Assembly (NCBI GenBank): GCA_964458555.1
Contig: CAYWJH010000001.1
Span: 52,031 to 116,030, forward strand
DNA: 64,000 bases
DNA from: an uncultured Spirochaetaceae bacterium
Lineage (GTDB): Bacteria; Spirochaetota; Spirochaetia; DSM-27196; SLST01
Direction of reading: 5' to 3'
In this document: positions 17,324-25,905 of the stretch, one piece after another
Position numbering within the stretch: the stretch's first letter is position 1
Layout: every line of letters starts with the position of its first letter
Program-made: the position numbers and the translations under genes
Notes under the pieces: generated by a model
The model's database searches: none
Seen by the model: only the letters and a program-made list of their open reading frames with translations
What the model was told of the DNA's origin: nothing

Positions 17324-17920
17324 TCACTCGCTCGCCGTGCGGAGCGCTCGGCGATTCGTCACGCGAAAGTCGACCGAGCACCACCACGGCTCGCTCGTGC
17401 TCGACATGAACCACTGTTCCTCCCAGACGCGCCTGACGGTCATCGACCGCGCCTCGGCGCCGCGGCTCCACGCCTCCTGCAGCCTCCCCGCGACCGCCTG
17501 CGGGTCGACGCCCTCGTCTTCGGGCATCGGCTCTGCCTCGCAGACGCCCGTAGCACCGCCGGGGAGTACCGCGAGCAGGACGCGCAGGCGGGCTTCGGCC
17601 GCCCCGGCGGGGAAGGCGGTCGGGAAGTCGGGCGCGAGGGCGAGGGCGGAGTCCATGCAGATCGTTCGATCGCGCGCGTGTGGACCCGCGATCACGAGCG
17701 GGGCCGGGAGGCGGGCGGGCATGACCGTGTTTTCAGAGGAGCGCGACGTCGCGCCTCCCGCCGCCCCGTCGAGCTCGCGCCCGGCGAGCAGCACGGCGGG
17801 CGGAAGCGCCTGGCTACTCACCGCCCCCGACAGCGAGAACACGAGTTGCTGCAGGCGGGAGAGCTCGGCCTCGACGTTACCGGGCAGTCTGAGGACGGTG
17901 AGCAGGTAGTGGTGCTCCAC
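17324..17920 (-). CDS. Hypothetical protein (~198 aa)
   Basis: The minus frame has high GC3 and protein-like composition (HYLLTVLRLPGNVEAELSRLQQLVF...), whereas both + frames are Arg- or Ser-rich. The start is uncertain (GTG 17920 or ATG 17962). No catalytic motif was recognised. Confidence 0.5.
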   Translation of the reverse strand: MEHHYLLTVLRLPGNVEAELSRLQQLVFSLSGAVSSQALPPAVLLAGRELDGAAGGATSRSSENTVMPARLPAPLVIAGPHARDRTICMDSALALAPDFPTAFPAGAAEARLRVLLAVLPGGATGVCEAEPMPEDEGVDPQAVAGRLQEAWSRGAEARSMTVRRVWEEQWFMSSTSEPWWCSVDFRVTNRRALRTASE

Positions 17921-17948
17921 ACCGCTATGGTAGTATGGAGCGGGGAGT

Positions 17949-18725
17949 GTGGACAGAGCCATGAAGCAGAAGGCACGAGCAGCAGTCGATCGGCTCCGGG
18001 CGGCGCTGGAAGGTTGGCAGGAAATCACCGCGGTCGGGCTGCACGCCTACGGCGACGACCTCTACGACCCGTACTTCTCGCTCAGCTTCGACGTGTACAC
18101 GAAAACGGACGTGCGCGAGCCGGCTGCGCGCGAGGTTGCCTTCGGAGACGTGGGTGCGTTCGAGAGCTCGATCCTCACGCACAAGGACCGCTTCCTCCTC
18201 AACGAGATTCCCGTGCGCCTCGAATACAAGCTCACCGGGCGTTTCGACGGTCTCGTCTCCGCGGCGCTGAACGGCGAGTGCCGGTTGCGCGATGCGAGCA
18301 CGTACGCGTTTCGGCGCGTGGTCGACGCGGAGACGGTGCTCTCGCGCGGCGAGTGGTTCGCCACGATACGCTCGAGCCTCGCGAGGCTTCCGGATCGATT
18401 CTGGACCGAGTTGCGGTTCGCCCAGGAAGCGACCGCCGAGCACCTGTACGCCGACGTCTCCGCGGCGGCGATGCGCAACGACGCGTTCTACTACACCATG
18501 GCCGCCGGGCGGTTCCTCGTGGGCCTCTGCGCGCTTTTGTTTACGATCAACCGCCGGTTCGAGCCGTCGCCGCGACGGTTCCGCGGCGAGGTCCTCGACC
18601 TCCCCATTCTGCCCGACTCCTTTCCCGCAAACCTGGAGAACTTCGTACGCCAGGAATCCAGCTTGAGTATGGCGCAACGGGCCGAGCTTGCCGAATTGAT
18701 GGTAACGAGCGTACTTTCTCTCTAA
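17949..18725 (+). CDS. Nucleotidyltransferase-fold-like protein (DUF4037-like, with a degenerate active-site motif)
   Basis: 258 aa. The region AVGLHAYGDDLYDPYFSLSFDVYT occupies the place of the hG[GS]...D.D motif but lacks the canonical Ser/Asp pattern. The C-terminal half is helical. Alternative start ATG 17961. Confidence 0.6.
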   Translation: MDRAMKQKARAAVDRLRAALEGWQEITAVGLHAYGDDLYDPYFSLSFDVYTKTDVREPAAREVAFGDVGAFESSILTHKDRFLLNEIPVRLEYKLTGRFDGLVSAALNGECRLRDASTYAFRRVVDAETVLSRGEWFATIRSSLARLPDRFWTELRFAQEATAEHLYADVSAAAMRNDAFYYTMAAGRFLVGLCALLFTINRRFEPSPRRFRGEVLDLPILPDSFPANLENFVRQESSLSMAQRAELAELMVTSVLSL

Positions 18726-18728
18726 TCT

Positions 18729-20468
18729 ATGCGCCGACAGCTCCTGCTTCTGATCCTCGTTCCGCTCCTTGCCTCGTGCGAACGTACGTTCGCGCTGTTT
18801 CCTCTCGAGGTCGATACCGGCAGCGCTGTGGTGCGGATCGAGCTGCGCGAGCGTCGCGGACGGGCCCCGGACGATGAGGGGACGATCGAACCGGGCGGTG
18901 AGCTGCTGCTCGAGCTCGAACGCCCGGTTCGGCTCGACGGCGAGGCGGGCGAGCTCGTCGCGGGGTTCGGGGCCGTGCCCGAAGGCGTCGAGATGACCGT
19001 GCTCGACGAGGACGGCGTCGCGGTGGCTCGTGGGCCGGCGGCTTCGTCGTTCGCCGGGGTCGAGCGCGGGGTCGCGGTCGACGCCCCGCTGCGGGTTCCA
19101 CGGGGGAGTACGGTCGCGACGATCCGCTTCTCCGCGCCAAGCCGCGGCGAGTCCGTTCGTCTCGAGCGCCTGCGGCTGCGGCCGTCCACGAGCGGCGCCG
19201 GGCGAACGCATCCGCAGGACGTTTCGCTCAACCCGGAATCGCGACGGCTCTACGCGTCTCCCGGCACGGCGGTCGAGTCGTGGAGCGTCGAGGGCTGGAC
19301 GTTCGACGCGAGCGGCGACGAGCGGTGGGATCCGCGCGCGCCGGTGGAGATTCGTTACCGCTACGAGCACGATGCATCCGTCGACGCCGAGGCGGGACCC
19401 GCGCGGGCGACCGTGGAGGTCGGCGCGCGCCGGTTCGAGCTCGACCTGCGTCCGGGCGCGAACCGGGTGGTCCTGTACCCGCGCGTCGAGGGGGTGCGCG
19501 TCGAGCGGTTGCACGTCGAGCCCGCGCCCACGCTGGAGCGCGATGCGTCCCGGTTCTCGATCGAGTGGATCGGTCCCGCCGAAGCACCGGGCGACCTGCC
19601 CGCGGCGGTGCCGGCGGACATGGGGACGCTCATGCGCTACCCCGTCGAGCTCTGGCGGCAGCCGGACTACGAGCTCTTCTCGTGGACGCTTTATCCCAAC
19701 GTGCTCGTCGTGGACTCCGCCTCCTACGAGGTGCAGGCGCGCTTCTTCAAGCGGCTCGCCTTCTTCGTCGAGAAGGTGGGCTACCGGGGCGAGCTGCTGA
19801 CCGACGATCAGCTTCGCGGGCGACACGGGTACAACGCGCACAACTACAACGCCGAAGGGCTCGCCGACTTCTTCACCGCGGTCGAAGACCGCCTGCTCGA
19901 CCTCACCGCCGAGGAGCGATTGCTGCGAGAGGTCGTCGTCGCGAACGGGATCATACGATCGGTCGACGGCGGGTACGAGCCGGTGGGCGGCGGTGTACTC
20001 GCGGTCGCCCAGGAGTCGCACGCCGTCCCGACGCTTCGGCAGCTGCTCGTAGCGCACGAGGCGTACCACGGTGTCTACTACGCTGAGCCAGAGTACGTCG
20101 ACGCGGTGGACGAGCTGTGGGCAGGACTCGACGAGCGCGAGCAGCGCTACTGGCGGCTCCTGCTCTCGGGACTTCGGTACGACGTAGACGACCCCTATCT
20201 CGTGCGGAACGAATATCACGCGTATCTGCTTCAGCAGCCGGTCGCGGCCGCCGGATGGTACTTTGAATCACGTTCCGCCGAGCGTCTGCGCCGGTGGTAT
20301 CCTGCGTTGGGGTCGTGGTTCGACGCCTACTTCGCCGATTACGCCGGCACACATCGGGAGCAGGCCGCGCGAGTACAGGCAGAGCTCTACCGGCTGACCG
20401 GGCTCGTCGCGCGGGACGTCTCCTGCCTCGAACCGATCGACGGCCTCGAACCGATCGACGCTAAATGA
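18729..20468 (+). CDS. Putative lipoprotein with an HExxH motif (possible zinc metallopeptidase)
   Basis: Signal peptide and lipobox MRRQLLLLILVPLLASC. LLVAHEAYHGV contains HExxH. The ATG is 3 nt after the upstream stop. Confidence 0.7.
   Translation: MRRQLLLLILVPLLASCERTFALFPLEVDTGSAVVRIELRERRGRAPDDEGTIEPGGELLLELERPVRLDGEAGELVAGFGAVPEGVEMTVLDEDGVAVARGPAASSFAGVERGVAVDAPLRVPRGSTVATIRFSAPSRGESVRLERLRLRPSTSGAGRTHPQDVSLNPESRRLYASPGTAVESWSVEGWTFDASGDERWDPRAPVEIRYRYEHDASVDAEAGPARATVEVGARRFELDLRPGANRVVLYPRVEGVRVERLHVEPAPTLERDASRFSIEWIGPAEAPGDLPAAVPADMGTLMRYPVELWRQPDYELFSWTLYPNVLVVDSASYEVQARFFKRLAFFVEKVGYRGELLTDDQLRGRHGYNAHNYNAEGLADFFTAVEDRLLDLTAEERLLREVVVANGIIRSVDGGYEPVGGGVLAVAQESHAVPTLRQLLVAHEAYHGVYYAEPEYVDAVDELWAGLDEREQRYWRLLLSGLRYDVDDPYLVRNEYHAYLLQQPVAAAGWYFESRSAERLRRWYPALGSWFDAYFADYAGTHREQAARVQAELYRLTGLVARDVSCLEPIDGLEPIDAK
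20425..20460 (+). repeat. Perfect 18-bp tandem duplication (gcctcgaaccgatcgacg x2) inside the 3' end of the lipoprotein CDS
   Basis: Read directly. It encodes LEPIDG-LEPIDA immediately before the stop. Confidence 0.9.
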
Positions 20469-20874
20469 CGTAGTCGATCTGTCGATCTCGCGTCGCCTTC
20501 TCGCGCATCAGGTCACCGAGCGACCGGTCGAGCGTCTTCTCCAGCGTACGCTCAATCTCGTCCCAGAAGAACTCGAGGGTTCCCTCCCGGCGCGTCGCGG
20601 TCACGACTTCGAGGCGGCCTTCGAGCCGGGAGAGCGCGTCGCGCACGGAGATCGAATCCGGGTCGCGGGCGAGCGCGTACCCGCCCTGGGCTCCGCGGAA
20701 GCTCTCCACGAAGCCCGCCTTCTTGAGAATGACGAGTATCTGCTCGAGATAGTGTTGGGGGATTCCGTGCTTCTGCGATATGTCGCGGATCTGTACCGAG
20801 CCCTTGTTGCGCTGCAGTCCCAGCTCCATGAGCGCGGTCAGTCCGTATGTTCCCTTCGCGGAGAGCGCAAACAC
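20461..20874 (-). CDS. Rrf2-family transcriptional regulator
   Basis: 137 aa. The N-terminal wHTH LSAKGTYGLTALMELG...IRDISQKHGIPQHYLEQILVILKKAGFVESFRGAQGGYALA is present. No Cys cluster ligands are evident. Confidence 0.9.
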   Translation of the reverse strand: MFALSAKGTYGLTALMELGLQRNKGSVQIRDISQKHGIPQHYLEQILVILKKAGFVESFRGAQGGYALARDPDSISVRDALSRLEGRLEVVTATRREGTLEFFWDEIERTLEKTLDRSLGDLMREKATRDRQIDYVI

Positions 20875-20934
20875 TGCACACCTCTTCTCACGTCCACTGT
20901 ATCGAGATGACGATATCTCTCCAGCCGGGTGAAG

Positions 20935-22374
20935 TCAAACGCGATGAATGCGCCCCTTCCACGGTCCGCGTCGATGTACGCCGAGCGCCTCGCCTGCCAC
21001 GAGCGACGCGAGGAGCTCCTGCCGGGCGCTCGTGCTCCACGCGAGCGGAAGTCGGTGGATGAACTGGTCGGCGGTGAAGGTGCGCGGCCGTCTGCGCGCG
21101 AGCTCGTCCGCGCGTGCGATCGCCTGCTGCATCGTCCCGCGTGTCCGCACCACCGCGCCCGGCTCCTCGCCGGGCGTGCAGCGGTCGCAGCCGAAGCAGA
21201 CCGAGGAGTCGGTTCCCAGCGCGTCCATCAGGTACGCGCGCCGACAGCCTCCGGCGCGAAGGTAGCCCCGCATGACCGCCTCGCGCGCCGCGCGTTCCGG
21301 TTCGAGCTCGCGGACCGGATCGGAGTCGTTCCAGAGCACGATGCTCCACGCGGGCTCCCGGTCTCTCCCGGCCCGTCCGGACTCCTGGAGAAACGCCTCG
21401 ACGTTCGACGGCAGCTCGTAGTGGACTACGGTGCGGATGTTTTGCTTGTCCACTCCCATGCCGTAGGCGCACGTGGCGGCCAACACGCCATCGTCGGACG
21501 CGAAGAACCATTCCTCGACGGCCGCGCGCTCGGGCTTCGTGAGACCGGCGTGGTAGGCGCTGCAGCGGTCGAATCCGACCACCTCCGCGAGCTCGCGCGC
21601 GACTGCTTCGGTTCGCTTGCGCGAACGACAGAAGACGAGCGCCGGCCGCTCGACGCCCGAGCCTACGAGCTCGGCGAGCGCCGCCTCCTTCGACGGGGCG
21701 TGCACGACGCTGTAGGAGATGTTCGGTCGGTCGGGATCGCCCTGGACGAGCCGCGGACGTCCGGAGTCGAAGAGGATTCGCGTGACCGCGTCGAGCACCA
21801 CCGGCGAGGCGGTCGCCGTGAAGGCGGTCACCACACGCGGCGAGAGCGCCGCGATGGTCTCGCGCAGCGTGAGGTACGAAGGCCGGAACGTCTCTCCCCA
21901 CTCGCTCACGCAGTGCGCCTCGTCGATCACGAGGTGTCCCACCCGGATACTCGACAGCTCACGCCGGACCGATTCGGCCGCGAGGATCTCGGGGTTGGCG
22001 AGCAGGCAGCGAACGCCGCCAGAACGCGCCGCCGCGAAGATCTCCGAGCGCTCGGAGCGGCTTTGTCCGCCGCGCAGAATGCGTGCGGGTACGGAGGCCT
22101 CGGTCATCCGTCGGAGCTGGTCGTCCATGAGCGCGAGCAGCGGGTACACGACGATCGTCAGCCCGTCTACGAGCAGAGCGGGGAGCGTGAAGCAGAGGCT
22201 CTTGCCGCTGCCGGTCGCCAGTACCACGATCTGGTTGGGGTTCTCCTCGTCGGGGTGGATCGTGTTCGCGATCACGAGGCGCTGGTACGGGTAGAGGTAC
22301 GGGAGCCCGAAGGTCGCCTGGGCGATCTGGATCTCCGGGTCGTGCGATTCGGTCGGAGGACTGGGCACGCTCAT
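20935..22374 (-). CDS. recQ: RecQ-family ATP-dependent DNA helicase (short form, no HRDC)
   Basis: Motif I ATGSGKSLCFTLPALL, motif II LVIDEAHCVSEWGETFRPSY, and Zn-binding cysteines CRRAYL...CFGCDRC. Confidence 0.85.
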   Translation of the reverse strand: MSVPSPPTESHDPEIQIAQATFGLPYLYPYQRLVIANTIHPDEENPNQIVVLATGSGKSLCFTLPALLVDGLTIVVYPLLALMDDQLRRMTEASVPARILRGGQSRSERSEIFAAARSGGVRCLLANPEILAAESVRRELSSIRVGHLVIDEAHCVSEWGETFRPSYLTLRETIAALSPRVVTAFTATASPVVLDAVTRILFDSGRPRLVQGDPDRPNISYSVVHAPSKEAALAELVGSGVERPALVFCRSRKRTEAVARELAEVVGFDRCSAYHAGLTKPERAAVEEWFFASDDGVLAATCAYGMGVDKQNIRTVVHYELPSNVEAFLQESGRAGRDREPAWSIVLWNDSDPVRELEPERAAREAVMRGYLRAGGCRRAYLMDALGTDSSVCFGCDRCTPGEEPGAVVRTRGTMQQAIARADELARRRPRTFTADQFIHRLPLAWSTSARQELLASLVAGEALGVHRRGPWKGRIHRV

Positions 22375-22466
22375 ACCCGTACCTACGCGCGAATCGAGCG
22401 GTTCGCTTCGTATCTTCCCGCTTGCCCAATCGAAGGCTGCGTGATAGCACTTGAACGGAGGTACCT

Positions 22467-23849
22467 ATGTCCCGTACGAGCTCGCGCAAACCGAACGTCA
22501 TCGTCTTCTTCACCGATCAGCAGCGCGCCGACACGACCGGCCTGCACGGAAACCCGATGGGTCTGACACCGAACTTCGATCGCATGGCGCAGGCCGGGAC
22601 GCACTTCGTCAACACGTTCACCTGCCAACCGGTCTGCGGCCCCGCGCGCGCGACGCTGCAGACGGGGAAGTTCGCGTCCGCGACGGGCGTGTGGCGCAAC
22701 GGCATCGGGTTGCCCCTCGACGAACCGCGCGTGTCCACGGTCTTCAAGGAGGCCGGCTACGCGACCGGCTACATCGGCAAGTGGCACCTCAGCGAGCACG
22801 ATCCGGTGCCCCGCGAGGAGCAGATCGGCTACGACTACTGGATGGGGTCGAACGTGCTCGAGTTCCAGAGCGACGCGTACGACCTGAACCTCTTCGACGC
22901 CGGAGGGGCGAAGCATCACCTCCCCGGCTACCGCGTGGACGCCCAGACCGACCTCGCGATTCGCTACGTCGACGAGCACAAGGACGAGCCGTTCTTCCTC
23001 TACCTCTCGTACCTCGAGCCCCACCACCAGAATCACGTGGACGCGTACCCGGCTCCGACCGGCTACGAGGAGGCGTACTCCGATCCGTGGATCCCCGGAG
23101 ACCTGCGAGCGCTCGGCGGTTCGTCGGCGCGGCACCTGCCGGGATACTACGGGATGGTCCGGCGGCTCGACGAGGCGCTCGGGCGCGTCGAGGATGCGCT
23201 GCGCAGTCTCGACCTGCTCGACGACACGGTCATCCTCTTCATCTCCGACCACGGAAATCACTTCAAGACGCGAAACGGCGAGTACAAGCGCAGTTGTCAC
23301 GACGCGAGCGTGCGCGTGCCGTGTTTCGCGACCGGACCGGGCTTCCGCGGCGGCGGTCGCGTCGAGAAGCTCGTGAGCCTCGTCGACATCGCGCCGACGC
23401 TTCTCGACGCCGCCGGTCTCGACCCGCTCCCGGGGGCGCACGGGCGCTCCGCGCTCCCGCTCGTGGGAGGAGACGGGAGGAAGGCCGATGTATCGGATTG
23501 GCCCGACCACGTCTTCATGCAGATGAGCGAGGCGGAAACCGGCCGCGCGATCCGTACTCACCGGTGGACCTACGGTGTCTCTCACGTCGACCCGGCACAG
23601 GAGCGGTTGCGACCGTCGGCCGAGTACGCGGATGAGTATACCGAGCTGTTCCTCTACGACCTCGCTCACGACCCGAACCAGCTCGAGAACCTGATCAACC
23701 GCGACTCGCACACCGCCGTCCGCGAGCGGTTGCGCGGTTTGCTGCTCGGACGCATCGACGCGGTCGAAGCGCGGACGCCGCGTATCGTCGAGCCCGAGCT
23801 CGTCTCCGGCGGGCAGCGCAACGTCACCGCCGCCGAGGTGCTCGAGTAG
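22467..23849 (+). CDS. Sulfatase (Cys-type formylglycine motif)
   Basis: GGAGG 5 nt upstream of the ATG. Motifs KPNVIVFFTDQQRAD and the CxPxR motif VCGPARATLQTG. Confidence 0.85.
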   Translation: MSRTSSRKPNVIVFFTDQQRADTTGLHGNPMGLTPNFDRMAQAGTHFVNTFTCQPVCGPARATLQTGKFASATGVWRNGIGLPLDEPRVSTVFKEAGYATGYIGKWHLSEHDPVPREEQIGYDYWMGSNVLEFQSDAYDLNLFDAGGAKHHLPGYRVDAQTDLAIRYVDEHKDEPFFLYLSYLEPHHQNHVDAYPAPTGYEEAYSDPWIPGDLRALGGSSARHLPGYYGMVRRLDEALGRVEDALRSLDLLDDTVILFISDHGNHFKTRNGEYKRSCHDASVRVPCFATGPGFRGGGRVEKLVSLVDIAPTLLDAAGLDPLPGAHGRSALPLVGGDGRKADVSDWPDHVFMQMSEAETGRAIRTHRWTYGVSHVDPAQERLRPSAEYADEYTELFLYDLAHDPNQLENLINRDSHTAVRERLRGLLLGRIDAVEARTPRIVEPELVSGGQRNVTAAEVLE

Positions 23850-23898
23850 ATCGTCGCAGGCGGTTCGCCGACGGCCTCGGATGTAGTACACTGTTCCC

Positions 23899-24429
23899 AT
23901 GGTTGCTTCGGCCTCGGCGCTCCCGACTGCCGTGATCTACCTGATCCTCATTTTCCTGCAGGGCTTCGGCGAGTCGGAGGCGATCACCGTCGACTACCTT
24001 CAGGATGGGGTGCCCGAGCTCGCGATCGCCGCGGCCGCCGAACGAGAGGAGGCCGGACGCGTCTACCGGATCGTCGCCCGGCCGGCCGAGCTCGCCGCGG
24101 CCGGCGAGCAGCCGGTCCCGCGAGCGGCGGAGGTCCGCGTGGAGCAGAGCGATCTGGTCTCGCAGAACTACCTGCTCTACCCACACCGCGGCGAGCCGCC
24201 GTACGGCAGCGCGTTGCCGACGGTCGTTACGCTCGAGCCGGTGCTCGCACAGCTTGCCACGGTAGCCTCTCCGCGCGATCTCACGCTCGAGCTTCCCGAG
24301 ACCGCCGAGCTCTTCGGCGGCGAGGCAGAGGCCACGCTCGGCGCGATCCTGCACGTCCTGCGCCGCGACGGCGTGACCGTCCTCAGCGCGCCGGAGGCCG
24401 GCATCACCCTCCTCGTCGAATACGAGTAG
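23899..24429 (+). CDS. Hypothetical protein with a hydrophobic N-terminus (possibly secreted)
   Basis: 176 aa with high GC3. TTCGCC-N17-TACACT lies 6 nt upstream of the ATG. No family was recognised. Confidence 0.55.
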   Translation: MVASASALPTAVIYLILIFLQGFGESEAITVDYLQDGVPELAIAAAAEREEAGRVYRIVARPAELAAAGEQPVPRAAEVRVEQSDLVSQNYLLYPHRGEPPYGSALPTVVTLEPVLAQLATVASPRDLTLELPETAELFGGEAEATLGAILHVLRRDGVTVLSAPEAGITLLVEYE

Positions 24430-24434
24430 ACCCC

Positions 24435-24917
24435 ATGCGCAGAATACTCTTCGTCTGTACCGGAAACATCTGTCGCAGCCCGCTCGCCGAGGCCTTACTG
24501 CGGCGCAAGCTCGCCGACCGCGGTGTAGCCGACCGCTTCCGGATCGACAGCGCCGGCACGGTGGACGATCACCTTGGCCAGCGCTCCGACGCCAGGATGC
24601 GACGCACCGCCCGGGCACGCGGCGTCGAAATCGACCATCGGGCCCGGCTCGTGCGTCGCGGCGAGCTCGCGGACGCCGATCTGGTGATCGGCATGGACGA
24701 CCGGCACGTGAGCACCCTCGAGGCGATGGCCGACGGTCGCCCCGTGGAGATCCGTAAGATGCGGGAGTACGACCCTGAAGCGGCTTCGTCGGGCGACCGG
24801 CGCGCGCCGGACGTTCCCGACCCGTGGTACGGCGGGCAGGGTGGTTTCGAAGACGTCTACGAGATGGTCGATCGTTCGTGCGAGGTCCTCGCCGACCGAC
24901 TCGCGGAGGAGTCATGA
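24435..24917 (+). CDS. Low-molecular-weight protein-tyrosine phosphatase family
   Basis: P-loop ILFVCTGNICRSPLAE and the C-terminal DPWYG motif. Confidence 0.9.
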   Translation: MRRILFVCTGNICRSPLAEALLRRKLADRGVADRFRIDSAGTVDDHLGQRSDARMRRTARARGVEIDHRARLVRRGELADADLVIGMDDRHVSTLEAMADGRPVEIRKMREYDPEAASSGDRRAPDVPDPWYGGQGGFEDVYEMVDRSCEVLADRLAEES

Positions 24918-25807
24918 GGCGCCGACCGGTGACCGACGCACGCTCGGTGGAGGATGCGCTGCGCCGCGTCGCCGGCGAATCGGCGTCGGTGGCGAGCGAG
25001 CGATCGGTCGGCGGTGGGTGTATCTCGGACGGACGCCGGGTGACGCTCGCCGACGGTCGGTCGTTCTTCGTCAAGCAGAGCGATTCGCTGCCGCCGGGGA
25101 TGTTCGCCTCCGAGGCTCGCGGGCTGGAGGCGCTTTCGAGTGAGCGCGGACCCCGTGTCCCGCGGGTGGAGGCGTACTTCGCGGACGAGAGCGGTGGCTT
25201 CATCGTGCTCGAGTGGATCGAACCGGGGGAGCGAGGACCCGGGTTCGCGGAGTCGTTCGGGCGCAGACTCGCCGCGCTGCACGCCGAGCGCCGTGTCGAG
25301 CGGTTCGGGTTCGACGAAGACAACTACATCGGCTCCACCCCGCAGCCGAACGGCTGGATGGATTCGTGGCACGAGTTCTTCCGCGAGCGTCGGATTGGTT
25401 TTCAGACCCGGCTCGCGCGCGAGCGCGGGCTTCTCGACGATCGCGACACGCGCGCGATAGACGCGGTGCTCGCACGGCTCGAATCGCTGCTTCCGGCCCC
25501 GGGGCACCCATCGGTGCTCCACGGCGACCTCTGGGGAGGCAACTATCTCGTCGATGCCGGCGGACAGGCGGTGCTGATCGATCCGGCGACGTACTACGGG
25601 CACCGCGAGGCGGATCTCGCGATGACCGAGCTCTTCGGCGGGTTCCCCGCGCGCTTCTATCGCGCCTACGAGGAGGCCTCGCCCCTCCAACCGGGCTACC
25701 GCGAGCGGGTATCGCTGTACAATCTCTATCACCTGCTCAACCACGCGAATATCTTCGGCGGTGGATACGTGTCGAGCGTACGCTCGGTGGTCAGCAGGTA
25801 CCGGTAG
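24914..25807 (+). CDS. Fructosamine/ketosamine-3-kinase family protein
   Basis: ATG 24914 overlaps the upstream stop (ATGA). Motifs SVLHGDLWGGNYL and IDPATYYGHREADLAMTELFGGF. Confidence 0.85.
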   Translation: MRRRPVTDARSVEDALRRVAGESASVASERSVGGGCISDGRRVTLADGRSFFVKQSDSLPPGMFASEARGLEALSSERGPRVPRVEAYFADESGGFIVLEWIEPGERGPGFAESFGRRLAALHAERRVERFGFDEDNYIGSTPQPNGWMDSWHEFFRERRIGFQTRLARERGLLDDRDTRAIDAVLARLESLLPAPGHPSVLHGDLWGGNYLVDAGGQAVLIDPATYYGHREADLAMTELFGGFPARFYRAYEEASPLQPGYRERVSLYNLYHLLNHANIFGGGYVSSVRSVVSRYR

Positions 25808-25905
25808 CGAGTCGAATATGGTTGATATGGGCCGATGAACGAACTCGCCTTGTTCAGCGGGGACGACGAGGCTCGTCGCGCTTGATCACCTGCCGGACTG
25901 AGCGA

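Noticed and set aside
17925-20219. A 764-aa minus-strand ORF, together with + ORF 17282..18877
   Set aside because: Both are shadow ORFs. The + strand genes 17949..18725 and 18729..20468 have a lipobox, HExxH and protein-like composition. ORF 17282..18877 is Arg/Gly-rich.
20904-20919. An inverted repeat, GAGAT-N6-ATCTC, upstream of the Rrf2 gene, considered as a possible autoregulatory operator
   Set aside because: The arms are only 5 bp, the centre is not symmetric, and the repeat does not resemble the IscR or NsrR sites I know. The evidence is insufficient.
22383-25323. Minus-strand ORFs 22383..23900 (505 aa) and 23824..25323 (499 aa)
   Set aside because: They are antisense to the sulfatase, LMW-PTP and fructosamine kinase genes. 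The translations are Arg/Pro/Ser-rich.
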